Position numbers and translations under genes: made by a program | Notes under the pieces: generated by a model | Seen by the model: only the letters and a program-made list of their open reading frames with translations | Databases searched by the model: none | Told to the model about the DNA's origin: nothing | IMG/VR virus record: IMGVR_UViG_3300026478_000263 | Length of the DNA stretch: 64,000 nt | Source of the DNA: a virus | Lineage: Duplodnaviria; Heunggongvirae; Uroviricota; Caudoviricetes | Reading direction: 5' to 3' (one strand) | Shown: in pieces, positions 38,922 through 49,288 of the stretch | How the letters are laid out: every line of letters starts with the position of its first letter | Numbering within the stretch: the first letter of the stretch is position 1

Positions 38922-41145
38922 TCAACTGCAAGTAGTTTTTGAAAAGGCTGTTGCAGACTGTAAAAAATTAGGACACGAATATGTCACGCTAGAGCATCTT
39001 ATTTTTGCTATGCTCTGCGAAGAAAAGTTCTACGAACTTCTTGTAAACTTCGGTGGTGACGGGGATTACATTAAAAAGAATCTCGAACACTATCTTAAAA
39101 ATCAATTAGACGAAATTAAAATAGATCCAATTCCCAAAGGATTTAAACCTAAGAAGACTCAAACTGTTGAGCGTGTTCTTAATCGTGCATTCACACAAGT
39201 CCTTTTCAGCGGACGTCAAAGCATTGAGCTTGTAGATGTGTTTATGAGCGCACTTAGCGAAAAGCGCAGTTACGCTGTATTCTATATTAATAAGGGCGGC
39301 GTGGATCGTGAAAAGTTTGCTGATTTTATTAACAGCGAAATCGATGAAGACGAAGAAGAACAGGTCACAGATGCACAAAGTGAAAAAGCACTGAAAGCAT
39401 TTACTACTAACCTCAATGACCAAGTCAAGAAAAATAAAATCGATCCAGTTATCGGTAGAACTGAAGAACTAGAACAAATTGCGCTAGGGCTCGGTCGCAG
39501 AACTAAAAATAATGTATTGTTAGTAGGCGACCCTGGTGTAGGTAAGACTGCTATCGCAGAAGGCCTAGCACATAATATTATTAATGGTGCTGTTCCTGAC
39601 TTCTTAAAAGAATATACAGTCTATAACTTAGACATTAGTGCTATGCTTGCTGGTAGTAAATATCGCGGTGACTTTGAAGAACGTTTTAAATTAGTACTTA
39701 AGGCACTAACAGGCAAAGGCAAAACTGTATTGTTCATCGATGAAGCACACATGATTAGTGGCGCAGGCGCAGGTGGACAAGGTAATGCCAATGACTTGGC
39801 TAATATGATGAAGCCTGCTCTAAGCAAAGGCAACATTAAAGTAGTTGCATCTACTACTTGGGAAGAATATCGTAAGTACTTTGAAAAGGATCGTGCGTTA
39901 ATGCGCCGTTTCCAACGCATCACTGTTGACGAGCCTACTCCAGAAGTAGCAGTAGATATTCTTAAAGGTATTAAGAAGTATTACGAAAAACATCACGGTG
40001 CTGAAATTACAGATGCGGCTATTGAAACAGCAGTTAAATTATCTGTAAAATATATGACAGATAAGAAATTACCAGATAAAGCAATTGATCTAATTGATGT
40101 GGCTTGTAGTCGTTTCAATATTAAGAACGCAGAACATAAGATTGTCGATGTTCCTGAGATTCAATACGAATTAGCAAAAATGGTTAAACTTCCCGAAGAC
40201 ACAGTCAAGGAAAAAGAAAACGAAAATCTTGTTAACCTTGAAAAGAACCTTAAAGGTGAAGTTTATGGGCAAGATGAAGCCATTGACGAAATCGTTGATA
40301 AGATTCTTGTAGCACAAGCAGGACTTAAATCTGATAATAAACCAGTGGGTAGTTTTGTATTCATGGGGCCAACTGGTGTTGGTAAGACTGAAGCCGCAAA
40401 ACAACTTAGTAAACAGTTAGGTGTTCCACTTATTCGCTTTGACATGTCGGAGTATCAAGAAAAACACAGCGTATCTAAGTTGATTGGTAGCCCTCCTGGA
40501 TATGTTGGCTTTGAAGAAAACGCTGGCTTGTTGATTACTAAACTACAAGAGAATCCACATTGTGTTCTATTGTTAGACGAAATTGAAAAGTCACATCCAG
40601 ATGTAGCAACTATCCTATTACAGATTATGGACAATGGTTTTGTAACAGGATCTAATGGTAAAGTAGCAGATGCTCGTAACATTATTTTGATTATGACTAC
40701 TAACCTTGGCGCACAAGATGCTGAAAAGAACGTTATTGGTTTTGGTAGTCAAGATAATGACTACGAAGATAAAGAACTTAAGAAATTCTTCGCTCCAGAG
40801 TTCCGCAATCGTTTAGATGGTGTTGTTACATTTGGTAAACTAAGCAAAGAAACAATGATTAAAATTGTTGGCAAGTTCTTAGTTGAGTTAAAAACACAGG
40901 TCAAGGATAAGGGCATTAAGATTACAATCAGCAACGAAGCAATTGACTACTTGGTAGATAAGGGCTTTGATAAGAAGATGGGTGCTCGCCCATTGCAACG
41001 TGTAATCGATAAGGATATTAAGCGTCCATTATCCAAACTTATGTTGTTTGGTGGTCTGAAACAGGGTGGAGCAGTAAACATCAATGTTGAAGACGATGAA
41101 ATTAAACTCGAATTACAGAATGAAACTGTACAAGCAAACATCTAA
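38905..41145 (+). CDS. clpA: ATP-dependent Clp protease ATPase subunit
   Basis: Clp N-domain, GDPGVGKT and GPTGVGKT Walker A motifs, IGF loop (40735-40743). Confidence 0.93.
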   Translation: MVEPSDQLQVVFEKAVADCKKLGHEYVTLEHLIFAMLCEEKFYELLVNFGGDGDYIKKNLEHYLKNQLDEIKIDPIPKGFKPKKTQTVERVLNRAFTQVLFSGRQSIELVDVFMSALSEKRSYAVFYINKGGVDREKFADFINSEIDEDEEEQVTDAQSEKALKAFTTNLNDQVKKNKIDPVIGRTEELEQIALGLGRRTKNNVLLVGDPGVGKTAIAEGLAHNIINGAVPDFLKEYTVYNLDISAMLAGSKYRGDFEERFKLVLKALTGKGKTVLFIDEAHMISGAGAGGQGNANDLANMMKPALSKGNIKVVASTTWEEYRKYFEKDRALMRRFQRITVDEPTPEVAVDILKGIKKYYEKHHGAEITDAAIETAVKLSVKYMTDKKLPDKAIDLIDVACSRFNIKNAEHKIVDVPEIQYELAKMVKLPEDTVKEKENENLVNLEKNLKGEVYGQDEAIDEIVDKILVAQAGLKSDNKPVGSFVFMGPTGVGKTEAAKQLSKQLGVPLIRFDMSEYQEKHSVSKLIGSPPGYVGFEENAGLLITKLQENPHCVLLLDEIEKSHPDVATILLQIMDNGFVTGSNGKVADARNIILIMTTNLGAQDAEKNVIGFGSQDNDYEDKELKKFFAPEFRNRLDGVVTFGKLSKETMIKIVGKFLVELKTQVKDKGIKITISNEAIDYLVDKGFDKKMGARPLQRVIDKDIKRPLSKLMLFGGLKQGGAVNINVEDDEIKLELQNETVQANI

Positions 41146-41764
41146 ATTGTTTTTTGACAAATATGTCAACAAGATTAGTGTAATAAATGTTTTTGCTTCG
41201 GAGTTTCGTAGCAGAACTATCGCTCGGGCAATGGCTTCAATCAAGATTCTTAGTGATCAAATTGAAGCCGTCCCGGATGGTAGAGTACAACTTAGATCCT
41301 GGCGTAAGAAATATGCTACAGTCAGTGATGTAATCTACATAAACAAACTTGTAGATTTACTTAATAAAGAAACTGATTTTTTGTTGCGTGTAGAAAGCGA
41401 CACATTAAGCATTTACACCAACAGTGATTCTTTATTAGATGCTGTTCAACTATTAGGACATGTTAAAGAAGTAACTAAACCTGCAGACGATAAAGTTAGG
41501 AAGTTTCTATTAACTAACCCTAACTGTATTATATCTAAAAAGTATACGCACAAGTATAGAGTAACTGTAAATCCTCTACGTGATTCTAGCGAAAGTTTCC
41601 ACGCATGGGCAGAGCAGATTCCCAGCATTAAACTGCTAAAGCGTACATACCACTCCGAAGGCTACTTTTACGCCGCAAATGAAAAGACCCTAGGAATGTG
41701 CAGACTATTCCTGGGCAATAAGATACGCAGAGTGGACGAAATGTACCTAATCAGCGAAATTTAA
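41120..41764 (+). CDS. hypothetical phage protein (start re-called to 41120)
   Basis: ORF overlapping clpA end. Confidence 0.65.
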   Translation: MKLYKQTSKLFFDKYVNKISVINVFASEFRSRTIARAMASIKILSDQIEAVPDGRVQLRSWRKKYATVSDVIYINKLVDLLNKETDFLLRVESDTLSIYTNSDSLLDAVQLLGHVKEVTKPADDKVRKFLLTNPNCIISKKYTHKYRVTVNPLRDSSESFHAWAEQIPSIKLLKRTYHSEGYFYAANEKTLGMCRLFLGNKIRRVDEMYLISEI

Positions 41765-41780
41765 TACAGTTGTAAAATAG

Positions 41781-41788
41781 CATAAATA
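41781..41788 (+). promoter_or_regulatory. late promoter
   Basis: CATAAATA at start of late block. Confidence 0.7.
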
Positions 41789-41841
41789 CTCTATTAGTGG
41801 AGTATGTATATCCGCGGCTCTATGCAGAACATGGTGATTAT

Positions 41842-42186
41842 ATGAAAATAAATGATGTAGATAAGCAAGCAGAACAGTTTAAAGACGTCGATTTCGTCGA
41901 TGATTTAAAGTTTTTTATGCACAACGACCCACGTTTTTATCGTAAGGTAGTTTATCCTGTAATCGCTGAATTAAAAGGCAAGTTGAAATCCGGCGGCAAG
42001 TGCAACGAAATGTCATTTATGCCCTGCATCGATAAAGCCATACCAGTTTATTGCAATAAATTCAAAATCACCCAAAACCCAAAAGTATTATTCGATCCCG
42101 AAGAAGTACAGGACTTGGCTGTTAAAATGTTCCACGAAGAAAAACATAACATCGAAAACGGTGTTTATGATGGGAGAGATGAATGA
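41842..42186 (+). CDS. hypothetical late protein (start re-called to 41842)
   Basis: GGTGA SD before ATG. Confidence 0.65.
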   Translation: MKINDVDKQAEQFKDVDFVDDLKFFMHNDPRFYRKVVYPVIAELKGKLKSGGKCNEMSFMPCIDKAIPVYCNKFKITQNPKVLFDPEEVQDLAVKMFHEEKHNIENGVYDGRDE

Positions 42187-43037
42187 TCCTATTAGAAGGT
42201 GGAAATGTATTTCCTGATGTAGAACCATTTGGCAAGGATGAAGCCAAGGAAGTACTAGCCAAGGCGCAATCAATGATGCCGCAGGGCATTGATTTAATTC
42301 CTGTTGGCAGTGCCGGCCATAAAGCCAGTTCTGGAGACATGGACTTAATGGTCGACGAGCAGTCCATGTTAGACTTTTTTAAAGTTAAGACAGCCAAAGA
42401 AGCAAGACAAAAATTAAAAACATACTTTCAAGATAGAGGCACCGAATCTGCACTAACTGGCATCAATGTACACATTAAAGTTCCTAACGGCGATAAGTTT
42501 GCACAAGCAGATATTATGTTTGTTAAAGATGCTGGCTCTGTTAGTAAATTTCATGAACACGATTATAGCATTGAAAATACTCCATTCAAAGGTTTACATA
42601 AGCACATACTACTTTCCAGTATTGCTAAAGAAACTCGTAACCAAAGATATCCTTACGGACTAATGTGGAGCGGATTCCAAGGGCTGTTTGCCCGAGATGA
42701 AAATGGAAAGAAGGCAGACTTTGTTTCTCACAATGCAGACGAAGTTGCTAAAATTTTAATCGGTGCTCATGCTACTGCCGCTGACTTAGGTAATGTAGAA
42801 AGAATTATTGCCGCACTACCAGGTAAAGAACAAAATCCAAAAATTCAACACGCACTAGCCGATGAGAACTGGCCTGGCAACGAAGGCAAAAAGCCTGAAG
42901 ATGTTAAAGAAGGTTCTGCCGAATGGTTCTCATGGATGCAAGGCGTAGTAGAAGGTACTTATGGACGTTACTGGTGCAGTACAGATAAAAAATGGAAACA
43001 ACGTAAAGGTCCCAAGCAGTCAAGGGGCGAAGAATGA
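42183..43037 (+). CDS. Pol-beta superfamily nucleotidyltransferase-like protein
   Basis: LIPVGSAGHKASSGDMDLMVD (GS...DxD) and later QADIMF. Confidence 0.65.
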   Translation: MILLEGGNVFPDVEPFGKDEAKEVLAKAQSMMPQGIDLIPVGSAGHKASSGDMDLMVDEQSMLDFFKVKTAKEARQKLKTYFQDRGTESALTGINVHIKVPNGDKFAQADIMFVKDAGSVSKFHEHDYSIENTPFKGLHKHILLSSIAKETRNQRYPYGLMWSGFQGLFARDENGKKADFVSHNADEVAKILIGAHATAADLGNVERIIAALPGKEQNPKIQHALADENWPGNEGKKPEDVKEGSAEWFSWMQGVVEGTYGRYWCSTDKKWKQRKGPKQSRGEE

Positions 43038-44182
43038 GATTAAGAGAACTATTTGTTGAATCCACAGAAACAGTTAAAAAGAAACTGGGCCGTGCATTCA
43101 ACCATCTCGAAGATCTAGTTTTCTTCTACGGCATCGACGGTACCATCGAAGCATTAGACCACGTTAAAGAAATCGCTACACAAGAAGGTTCTGAAAGCAT
43201 TCGCATGAAATGGGACGGTAATCCTCAAATCTATTGGGGTCGTGAAACAAAGAATGGACCATTAATTCTAGCAGGACACAACGGTTGGGCACGTGGTGCT
43301 AAGACAGATAATCCAGAAGCAGTAAAAGATTTTATTGCTAACAAGAGCGGTACACCTAAGACAGAAGAAGAGCGTAAACAACGTGAAGAATTTGCCGCCA
43401 AGTTTGCAAATTTATATCCAGCATTTGATGCGGCAACTCCAAAAGATTTTGTAGGCTTTGTCTATGCTGACGCATTATTTTTAAACAGGCCCGATTTAAA
43501 AGACGGAGTATACACATTCTGTCCAAATCCTAAATCACAAACTTGTTATCATGTCAGAGGCGACAGTGATTTAGGTAAGCGTATTGCTTATGCAGATGTA
43601 ATGGTTGTCGGTCATGCTTATTTCCCACAATTTGGAATGGATGACAGTGAACAAGAACCGTTAGACGATTTTGATCAATTTAATGCTAATCCTAAATTAA
43701 TTGTACAAGGTCCGATATACAATAAAAAATCTGTTAGTATCGATACTAAGATGATTGATAACATTGAAGGTTATGCACAACAACACGCAGAACAAATCGA
43801 AGGATTCTTGTCCGATACTGCTGGGTTAAGTGACCTTAAGAATATATTCTACACCTATGTAAATCAAACAGCAAGAGCTAAACAGTTAAGCAGTTTAGGT
43901 TTACAGAATTTTAACGCATGGTTGGAAAAGTCAAAAGTTAGTGCAGGAAAACAAGAAAAAATACAGGCTAAAATAGAAGCCCATCCTAACGCTGTAGATG
44001 CTATATTTTCTCTAGTTAAACAAATACAATCAATGAAAAACCAAATACTTGCACAGGTTGAAGGCGAGCAAGGAGATATCTGGGACACAAACGGAGAAGG
44101 TCGTGTACGCTATGCTGGCCCTGAAAAGAAATTCGGTAATGTAAAGTTAGTAAACAGAGACCAGTGGACTCCTGGGGAATAA
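43034..44182 (+). CDS. ATP-grasp ligase-like protein (KxDG motif)
   Basis: IRMKWDGNPQIYWG, VYADALF, GEGRV resemble ligase motifs I, III, IV. Confidence 0.5.
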   Translation: MRLRELFVESTETVKKKLGRAFNHLEDLVFFYGIDGTIEALDHVKEIATQEGSESIRMKWDGNPQIYWGRETKNGPLILAGHNGWARGAKTDNPEAVKDFIANKSGTPKTEEERKQREEFAAKFANLYPAFDAATPKDFVGFVYADALFLNRPDLKDGVYTFCPNPKSQTCYHVRGDSDLGKRIAYADVMVVGHAYFPQFGMDDSEQEPLDDFDQFNANPKLIVQGPIYNKKSVSIDTKMIDNIEGYAQQHAEQIEGFLSDTAGLSDLKNIFYTYVNQTARAKQLSSLGLQNFNAWLEKSKVSAGKQEKIQAKIEAHPNAVDAIFSLVKQIQSMKNQILAQVEGEQGDIWDTNGEGRVRYAGPEKKFGNVKLVNRDQWTPGE

Positions 44183-44183
44183 T

Positions 44184-45155
44184 ATGAGATTAAGAAATTT
44201 ATTTGAAAATAAAACAAGTGAAGTAGCCATTATATTTGGTCGATTCAATCCTCCGCACAAAGGACATAAAGCCGCTTGGGAAACTGCCGCTACTAAAGAT
44301 GTATGGTACGTTGGTACTAATGAAAGTACTGTAGGACCAAAAGACCCACTGCCATACAATGTAAAAACAGAATGTATGAAAGTTATTTGGCCTGATGTTA
44401 CAGGACATATTGTTGCCGAAACAAGTTGGTTAACATTAGCCAGTTATGTATATCAGAAACACGGTGCAGTAAAATTAATCATCGTTACTGACGAAGCATG
44501 GGTAGTTCCTACTGTACAAGATTATAATGGAAAGTCTGGTCCGCACGGCGAATACAATTTTCCAGAAATTAGACTGTTCCACGACAGTATAGAAGAAGCA
44601 AAATTAGAATTACGTAAGAGCTCTGCTACAAGTTTACGTGAAGCAGTAGCCAAAGGCGACAGACAAGCATTTAGCGATGCCGCTGGCGTAAGTTCAGAAA
44701 CACCTGTTATGGGTAAACCATTCTTTGACTTAGTTGCCGAGTACTTGATGCCCTATGAAGAAAAGGCGAAGGAAAAAGCAAAGAAAAAAGATTCTAAGAA
44801 AAAAGAAGAACCTAAGAAAAAAGAAGAGCCTAAAAAAGAAAAAGAACCTAAGAAGGAAAAAGATGCTATGAAAATGTCAGAATTAGAAGAAGGCCGTTAC
44901 GGTAGTTACGATGCGTATCAACGCGATTACGATTCTAGTCGCACAGGCTTTGGACGTCGTGAACGCGAAGATGATGAATATGTTAATGGACCGGATCCAG
45001 AAGAGTATTCATTCCGTTTTACTCTTATTGACAAGGACGGAAATGAAGTTGAAAGAACACCCCGTGTAACTACTACTAAAGGTCGCGAACACGCAAAGAA
45101 TTATGCTCACGATCACTACGTAAAAGCAGGATTTACTGTTGTTAAGGTTTCATAA
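44184..45155 (+). CDS. HxGH cytidylyltransferase/NMN adenylyltransferase-like protein with Lys/Glu-rich extension
   Basis: IIFGRFNPPHKGH, KDPLPY, SSATSLR. Confidence 0.8.
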   Translation: MRLRNLFENKTSEVAIIFGRFNPPHKGHKAAWETAATKDVWYVGTNESTVGPKDPLPYNVKTECMKVIWPDVTGHIVAETSWLTLASYVYQKHGAVKLIIVTDEAWVVPTVQDYNGKSGPHGEYNFPEIRLFHDSIEEAKLELRKSSATSLREAVAKGDRQAFSDAAGVSSETPVMGKPFFDLVAEYLMPYEEKAKEKAKKKDSKKKEEPKKKEEPKKEKEPKKEKDAMKMSELEEGRYGSYDAYQRDYDSSRTGFGRREREDDEYVNGPDPEEYSFRFTLIDKDGNEVERTPRVTTTKGREHAKNYAHDHYVKAGFTVVKVS

Positions 45156-45158
45156 TAA

Positions 45159-45446
45159 ATGAAACAATATAGAATCAGTACAGAAAATTTAAATCAAGAC
45201 AGTCCAGACGACTGCTTACTTGATCCTTCTGATCCTATATACGAAATTAAATCTATGCAGTATCTTGCAGGCTTAGGTCATGCCGCAAGACTACACGAGT
45301 ATCAGGGCAGTAACATCAGTGTTACTGGCAGTGATAAAGGCAGAATACAGAGAGAACAAAACATTAAACCTGGAACACCTGAGTGGTTTCAGTTATGGTT
45401 TAGTTTACCTTACATGACAGGCGAAAAACCGGTAAATAAAAAATGA
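45159..45446 (+). CDS. hypothetical late protein
   Basis: 95 aa, IKPGTPEWF motif. Confidence 0.7.
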   Translation: MKQYRISTENLNQDSPDDCLLDPSDPIYEIKSMQYLAGLGHAARLHEYQGSNISVTGSDKGRIQREQNIKPGTPEWFQLWFSLPYMTGEKPVNKK

Positions 45447-47188
45447 GAGCAAGCGATTTAGAATTACCCCAAGGCATGGAAGTCTATGTAGACATGGACG
45501 GAGTTCTTGCAGACTTTTTCACAGAGTATGCTAAACTTGCTGGCATTAAAAGCGGAAACTACAGAGACATTCCACCAGCGAAGACTGATCCTACATTAAA
45601 CAAAATGGTAGGAACAGACTTTTTTGCACGTCTACCAAAGTTTCCTACAGCAGACAAACTAATTGATATTGTAGTTGATGTGGCCGGTGGCTACAATATT
45701 TGTTCTAGCCCATTACGCGGCGACCACGAAGGCAGTGAAAAATACAAACGTATTTGGATCGATGAACACTTAAATCAACTGCCAGACAACATTTACATTG
45801 TTTCAAACAAAGCCAAGTACGCTAGAAATCCTAGCGGAATGCCTAACGTATTAATTGACGACAGAGGTAGTAATATCAGTGCTTGGGAAGCCGCTGGCGG
45901 TATTGGTATCAAATATCAAGCAGACGAAGATAGTTTACAAGTAATATTAGATGGACTTAAACGTGCTAAACGTGTGGGACAAGGTGAAGAAGAACACGAA
46001 CCACAGCAGTTAAAAAGTCTAGATAGAAGTCAAGGAAAATTAATTGCCACTAGTGGTGACAAAGATGTAGACGAAGGTCGTAAGAAAAAACGCAGAAACA
46101 AATACGGTGCGTTATATGGACCAGGTCCTTACGGACTATATGGTACCGATGCAGGCTACAGTGGTGTAGGTAGTGTGCCTGCGGGAGACGGCGGTGACGG
46201 CGGCGGATTGATGGAAGCATGGACTCCAGATAAAAAGCAACGTATCAAAGACTTTGCATTATGGGCTATCAAACTTTTAGAAATAGAACAAGCACCACGT
46301 ATTAAATTAGTAGGTGATACAAAGACTACTGCACTTGGATACTTTGATCCTGAAACACAAGACATAGTTGTATCTGTTAAAGATAGACATCAAATGGATA
46401 TTATGCGAACACTAGCACACGAATTAGTGCATCGCAAACAAAACGAAGCAAGAGAATTAGATGGTGCAACTGGCAGTCCAGACGAAAACGAAGCCAATGC
46501 TCTTGCTGGAGTATTGCTACGTTACTGGGGTAAAATGAATCCAGAACAGTTTAACGAACATATTGTTAAAGTTAAAGGCGGTTACGAATTAAAAAGCAAA
46601 CATGGTAATAAGAACTTAGGTAAGTATCCAACTCGCGCCGGTGCAGAGAAACGTGAACGTCAAGTACAATATTTTAAACACGCAGAAGAAGACCAGCACC
46701 CTAATGAAAAACCAAGAGGTCCTGAAATTAAACCTACAATGCCTAGAGGCACTGTTAGAGTTGATGTAAGTGATGTGTATGATTGGTACAAGTTAGGTAA
46801 GAATATTGCCAACTTAAAAAATTTATCAAATAAAGATTTTGGTAAAGGGCCTCCTAGTACTATTGTATCTTTTGGCAGTGAAGAAGAAGAGCACAAATAT
46901 ATTGCGGCTTTGAAAAAGTTGGGCCTTGATACCACAGACATTGACCCGGTTGATCCAAAGCGGCCTAAGAATATGCCGCGTCAAAAAGTTGATCCGACAT
47001 TTAATGTAGATGAAAACTTTGCCGATGGAAAAAATCCACAAGATAAAGGTGATAGTAAACGTCACGGCATCACTAAAGGCATGAGCATAGCACAGTTAAA
47101 AAAGATACGCAGTAGCGATTCTGCTAGTCCACGTAAAAAACAATTAGCACACTGGCAAATTAATATGCGTCAAGGAAAAAAGAAATGA
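45443..47188 (+). CDS. modular protein: HAD 5'(3')-nucleotidase-like domain + zincin HExxH domain + short basic modules
   Basis: VYVDMDGVLADF, VLIDD; TLAHELVH (46418-46432) with downstream E. Confidence 0.75.
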   Translation: MRASDLELPQGMEVYVDMDGVLADFFTEYAKLAGIKSGNYRDIPPAKTDPTLNKMVGTDFFARLPKFPTADKLIDIVVDVAGGYNICSSPLRGDHEGSEKYKRIWIDEHLNQLPDNIYIVSNKAKYARNPSGMPNVLIDDRGSNISAWEAAGGIGIKYQADEDSLQVILDGLKRAKRVGQGEEEHEPQQLKSLDRSQGKLIATSGDKDVDEGRKKKRRNKYGALYGPGPYGLYGTDAGYSGVGSVPAGDGGDGGGLMEAWTPDKKQRIKDFALWAIKLLEIEQAPRIKLVGDTKTTALGYFDPETQDIVVSVKDRHQMDIMRTLAHELVHRKQNEARELDGATGSPDENEANALAGVLLRYWGKMNPEQFNEHIVKVKGGYELKSKHGNKNLGKYPTRAGAEKRERQVQYFKHAEEDQHPNEKPRGPEIKPTMPRGTVRVDVSDVYDWYKLGKNIANLKNLSNKDFGKGPPSTIVSFGSEEEEHKYIAALKKLGLDTTDIDPVDPKRPKNMPRQKVDPTFNVDENFADGKNPQDKGDSKRHGITKGMSIAQLKKIRSSDSASPRKKQLAHWQINMRQGKKK

Positions 47189-47844
47189 GATTGATAGACA
47201 TTATAAACGAAGGTGTTATTGATATGATGGCTTTGGCTAAACGTGCCAAGGCATTATTAGCACAAGGACTAAGCGAACAACAAGCACAGGATAAACTTGT
47301 TAAAGAAGGTATTCCTGCAAGATTGGCCGCGCAGGCTGTACAAATGGCACAGATGAGCGAAACTGTTGCAGATCAACTTACCTTAGAAGCACCTATTGCC
47401 GCTACAGATGATCCTATGGATCCTATGATTCACAGTCACAATAAAGCAAATCCTATGACGTTAAAAGGACGCATTTTGCAAACACGTAAACAGTTACAAG
47501 AATTAGCACGTATGGCAGAAAGCGATGACCTAGCAACTTGGCATCAAATTACTAAGTTAGCCAAAGGCGGCATGTTCATGGGTTTAGAACAGAATTTAGA
47601 GCAAGTACGTCACGGTTTAGAAGAATTAGCCGCTAAACGTAAGAAGGGCGGAATGCAGAGTCGTGGAATCGATAAGTTTGACGAAACTGCAACACCGGGA
47701 GGCACTAGTGCAGGTATGGTTAGTGTGGGTCCTGTATACAAAAATAAAGCCGGAAAAACACCTAAAAATAAAGACGGTACTGCTAAAAATGCCCTAGATA
47801 TGAAGGCTAATCTGTTAACAGGCGGCAGTATAGCAAAACGATAA
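47185..47844 (+). CDS. putative internal head protein
   Basis: MRLIDIINEG N-terminus; several xxE-(A/G/T) junctions. Confidence 0.55.
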   Translation: MRLIDIINEGVIDMMALAKRAKALLAQGLSEQQAQDKLVKEGIPARLAAQAVQMAQMSETVADQLTLEAPIAATDDPMDPMIHSHNKANPMTLKGRILQTRKQLQELARMAESDDLATWHQITKLAKGGMFMGLEQNLEQVRHGLEELAAKRKKGGMQSRGIDKFDETATPGGTSAGMVSVGPVYKNKAGKTPKNKDGTAKNALDMKANLLTGGSIAKR

Positions 47845-47847
47845 ATA
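47840..47847 (+). promoter_or_regulatory. late promoter
   Basis: GATAAATA before AGGAG SD. Confidence 0.75.
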
Positions 47848-47868
47848 CAACACCAGGAGATTTTAACC

Positions 47869-49284
47869 ATGCACGACCAGATGAGACCAGTTATGCCAGG
47901 ACCAGTGGACGACCACGAAGGGGCTATGGCACGTTCAGAACTATATAGAGCCGCAAAGTACTCTATGAAATTGTTCCAAATGATTCAAGACGGACAAGAT
48001 TTAGAAGGTTGGGTACAGGCTAAAATTACTAAATCTGCAGATTACTTAGATAGTGTATATCACTATATGGAGTACCAAGTTAAGTTCGGCGATGGCAGCA
48101 ACGCATCCAACATCGACGACATTACAGGTGATGCTGAACAAGAGCTACCAAGCGAAGAGCCAGTGTCTGACATGGATGACGAAGAAAGGAAAATTGACGA
48201 AATGACTACATATGAACAAAAATTAGCATCCTTGTTAGAAGGTGCTGTTAAAGAAGCGTCTGGTGTACGTGCAACTGACAAAAAGAAAGGTCAAGTTGAT
48301 AAATCAGAAAAGAAACAATACTTTGTTAAACTTGAAAAAGATAACAAAACTCGTGGTGTTACTACTGTTGCCGACGAAGGCGAAAGCCAAGGCGAAGTAC
48401 GTGATCGTATGAAACGCGACAATCCAGGTTGGACTGTGGCCAGCATCCGTGTTAAGGATGAAATCGACGAAGCCGCAGAAAAAATTGCCAAGGCTGAAAA
48501 AGACGCCAAGAACAAGAAAGAAAAAGACAAGATGATTAAGGAAGCCCTTACACAAGTAGTCGAAAAGGCTGTAAGCAAAGCACAACAAAAATTTATGGGC
48601 ATGGTACACGCCGCAAAGAAAGGCGAAAAGCCAGCCAGTAAGGAAGTTGCTAAAGTTGCTAAAGGCATGAAAGACAAAGATGCCAAAGACTTTGCTAGTA
48701 CAAAGCATAAAGGTCTTCCAGAAAAGAAAAAGAAAACTGACGAAGGTCAAGTAATGAGCCCACCAGATGGTGCTACAGCCGCTCCTAAGAAAGATCCAAA
48801 GACTGGCAAGTATCCAAAAGTAACTTCTGGTCCAAACAAGGGTAAAGAGTGGAGCGAAAAGACTCCTGGTCCTACAAATCCAGCATTTAAAGAAGGTGCT
48901 GAAGCAGATAGCCCAACTGCAAAAGCACTCGCAAAATACGAAGAACAATACAAAACTGCTACAGGTGCCGATAAGACAAACTTAGCAAGAACTATTAGTG
49001 CTCTTAGAAAGAAATTAGAAGCCGAAGGTGGTACAACTGCTCCTACGCCAGCAGTACAAGAATCTAACCTAGTTAAGTCTATTGTTAGAAAAGTTGTTGC
49101 TGAAAAGAAAAAGGGCGATGGTAACTTAGCCAACAATGCTAAACCATATGACAAAGTAACCAAAGGTGATGTAGTTGCTGGTCGTTTAGGCAAAGACGAA
49201 ATGGGCGGCAAAGCAGATAAGAAAAAAGAAACAGTTAAAGAATCTACTGACTTATCTCGTTTGAAATTCTTATCAGGCCTATAA
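47869..49284 (+). CDS. modular putative internal head protein
   Basis: short basic modules separated by xxE junctions; ends VKESTDLSRLKFLSGL. Confidence 0.6.
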   Translation: MHDQMRPVMPGPVDDHEGAMARSELYRAAKYSMKLFQMIQDGQDLEGWVQAKITKSADYLDSVYHYMEYQVKFGDGSNASNIDDITGDAEQELPSEEPVSDMDDEERKIDEMTTYEQKLASLLEGAVKEASGVRATDKKKGQVDKSEKKQYFVKLEKDNKTRGVTTVADEGESQGEVRDRMKRDNPGWTVASIRVKDEIDEAAEKIAKAEKDAKNKKEKDKMIKEALTQVVEKAVSKAQQKFMGMVHAAKKGEKPASKEVAKVAKGMKDKDAKDFASTKHKGLPEKKKKTDEGQVMSPPDGATAAPKKDPKTGKYPKVTSGPNKGKEWSEKTPGPTNPAFKEGAEADSPTAKALAKYEEQYKTATGADKTNLARTISALRKKLEAEGGTTAPTPAVQESNLVKSIVRKVVAEKKKGDGNLANNAKPYDKVTKGDVVAGRLGKDEMGGKADKKKETVKESTDLSRLKFLSGL

Positions 49285-49288
49285 TATC

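Noticed and set aside
44790-44865. A-rich near-tandem repeats as a possible array or slippage element
   Set aside because: They encode an in-frame KKKEEP/KKEKEP low-complexity linker; no spacer structure.
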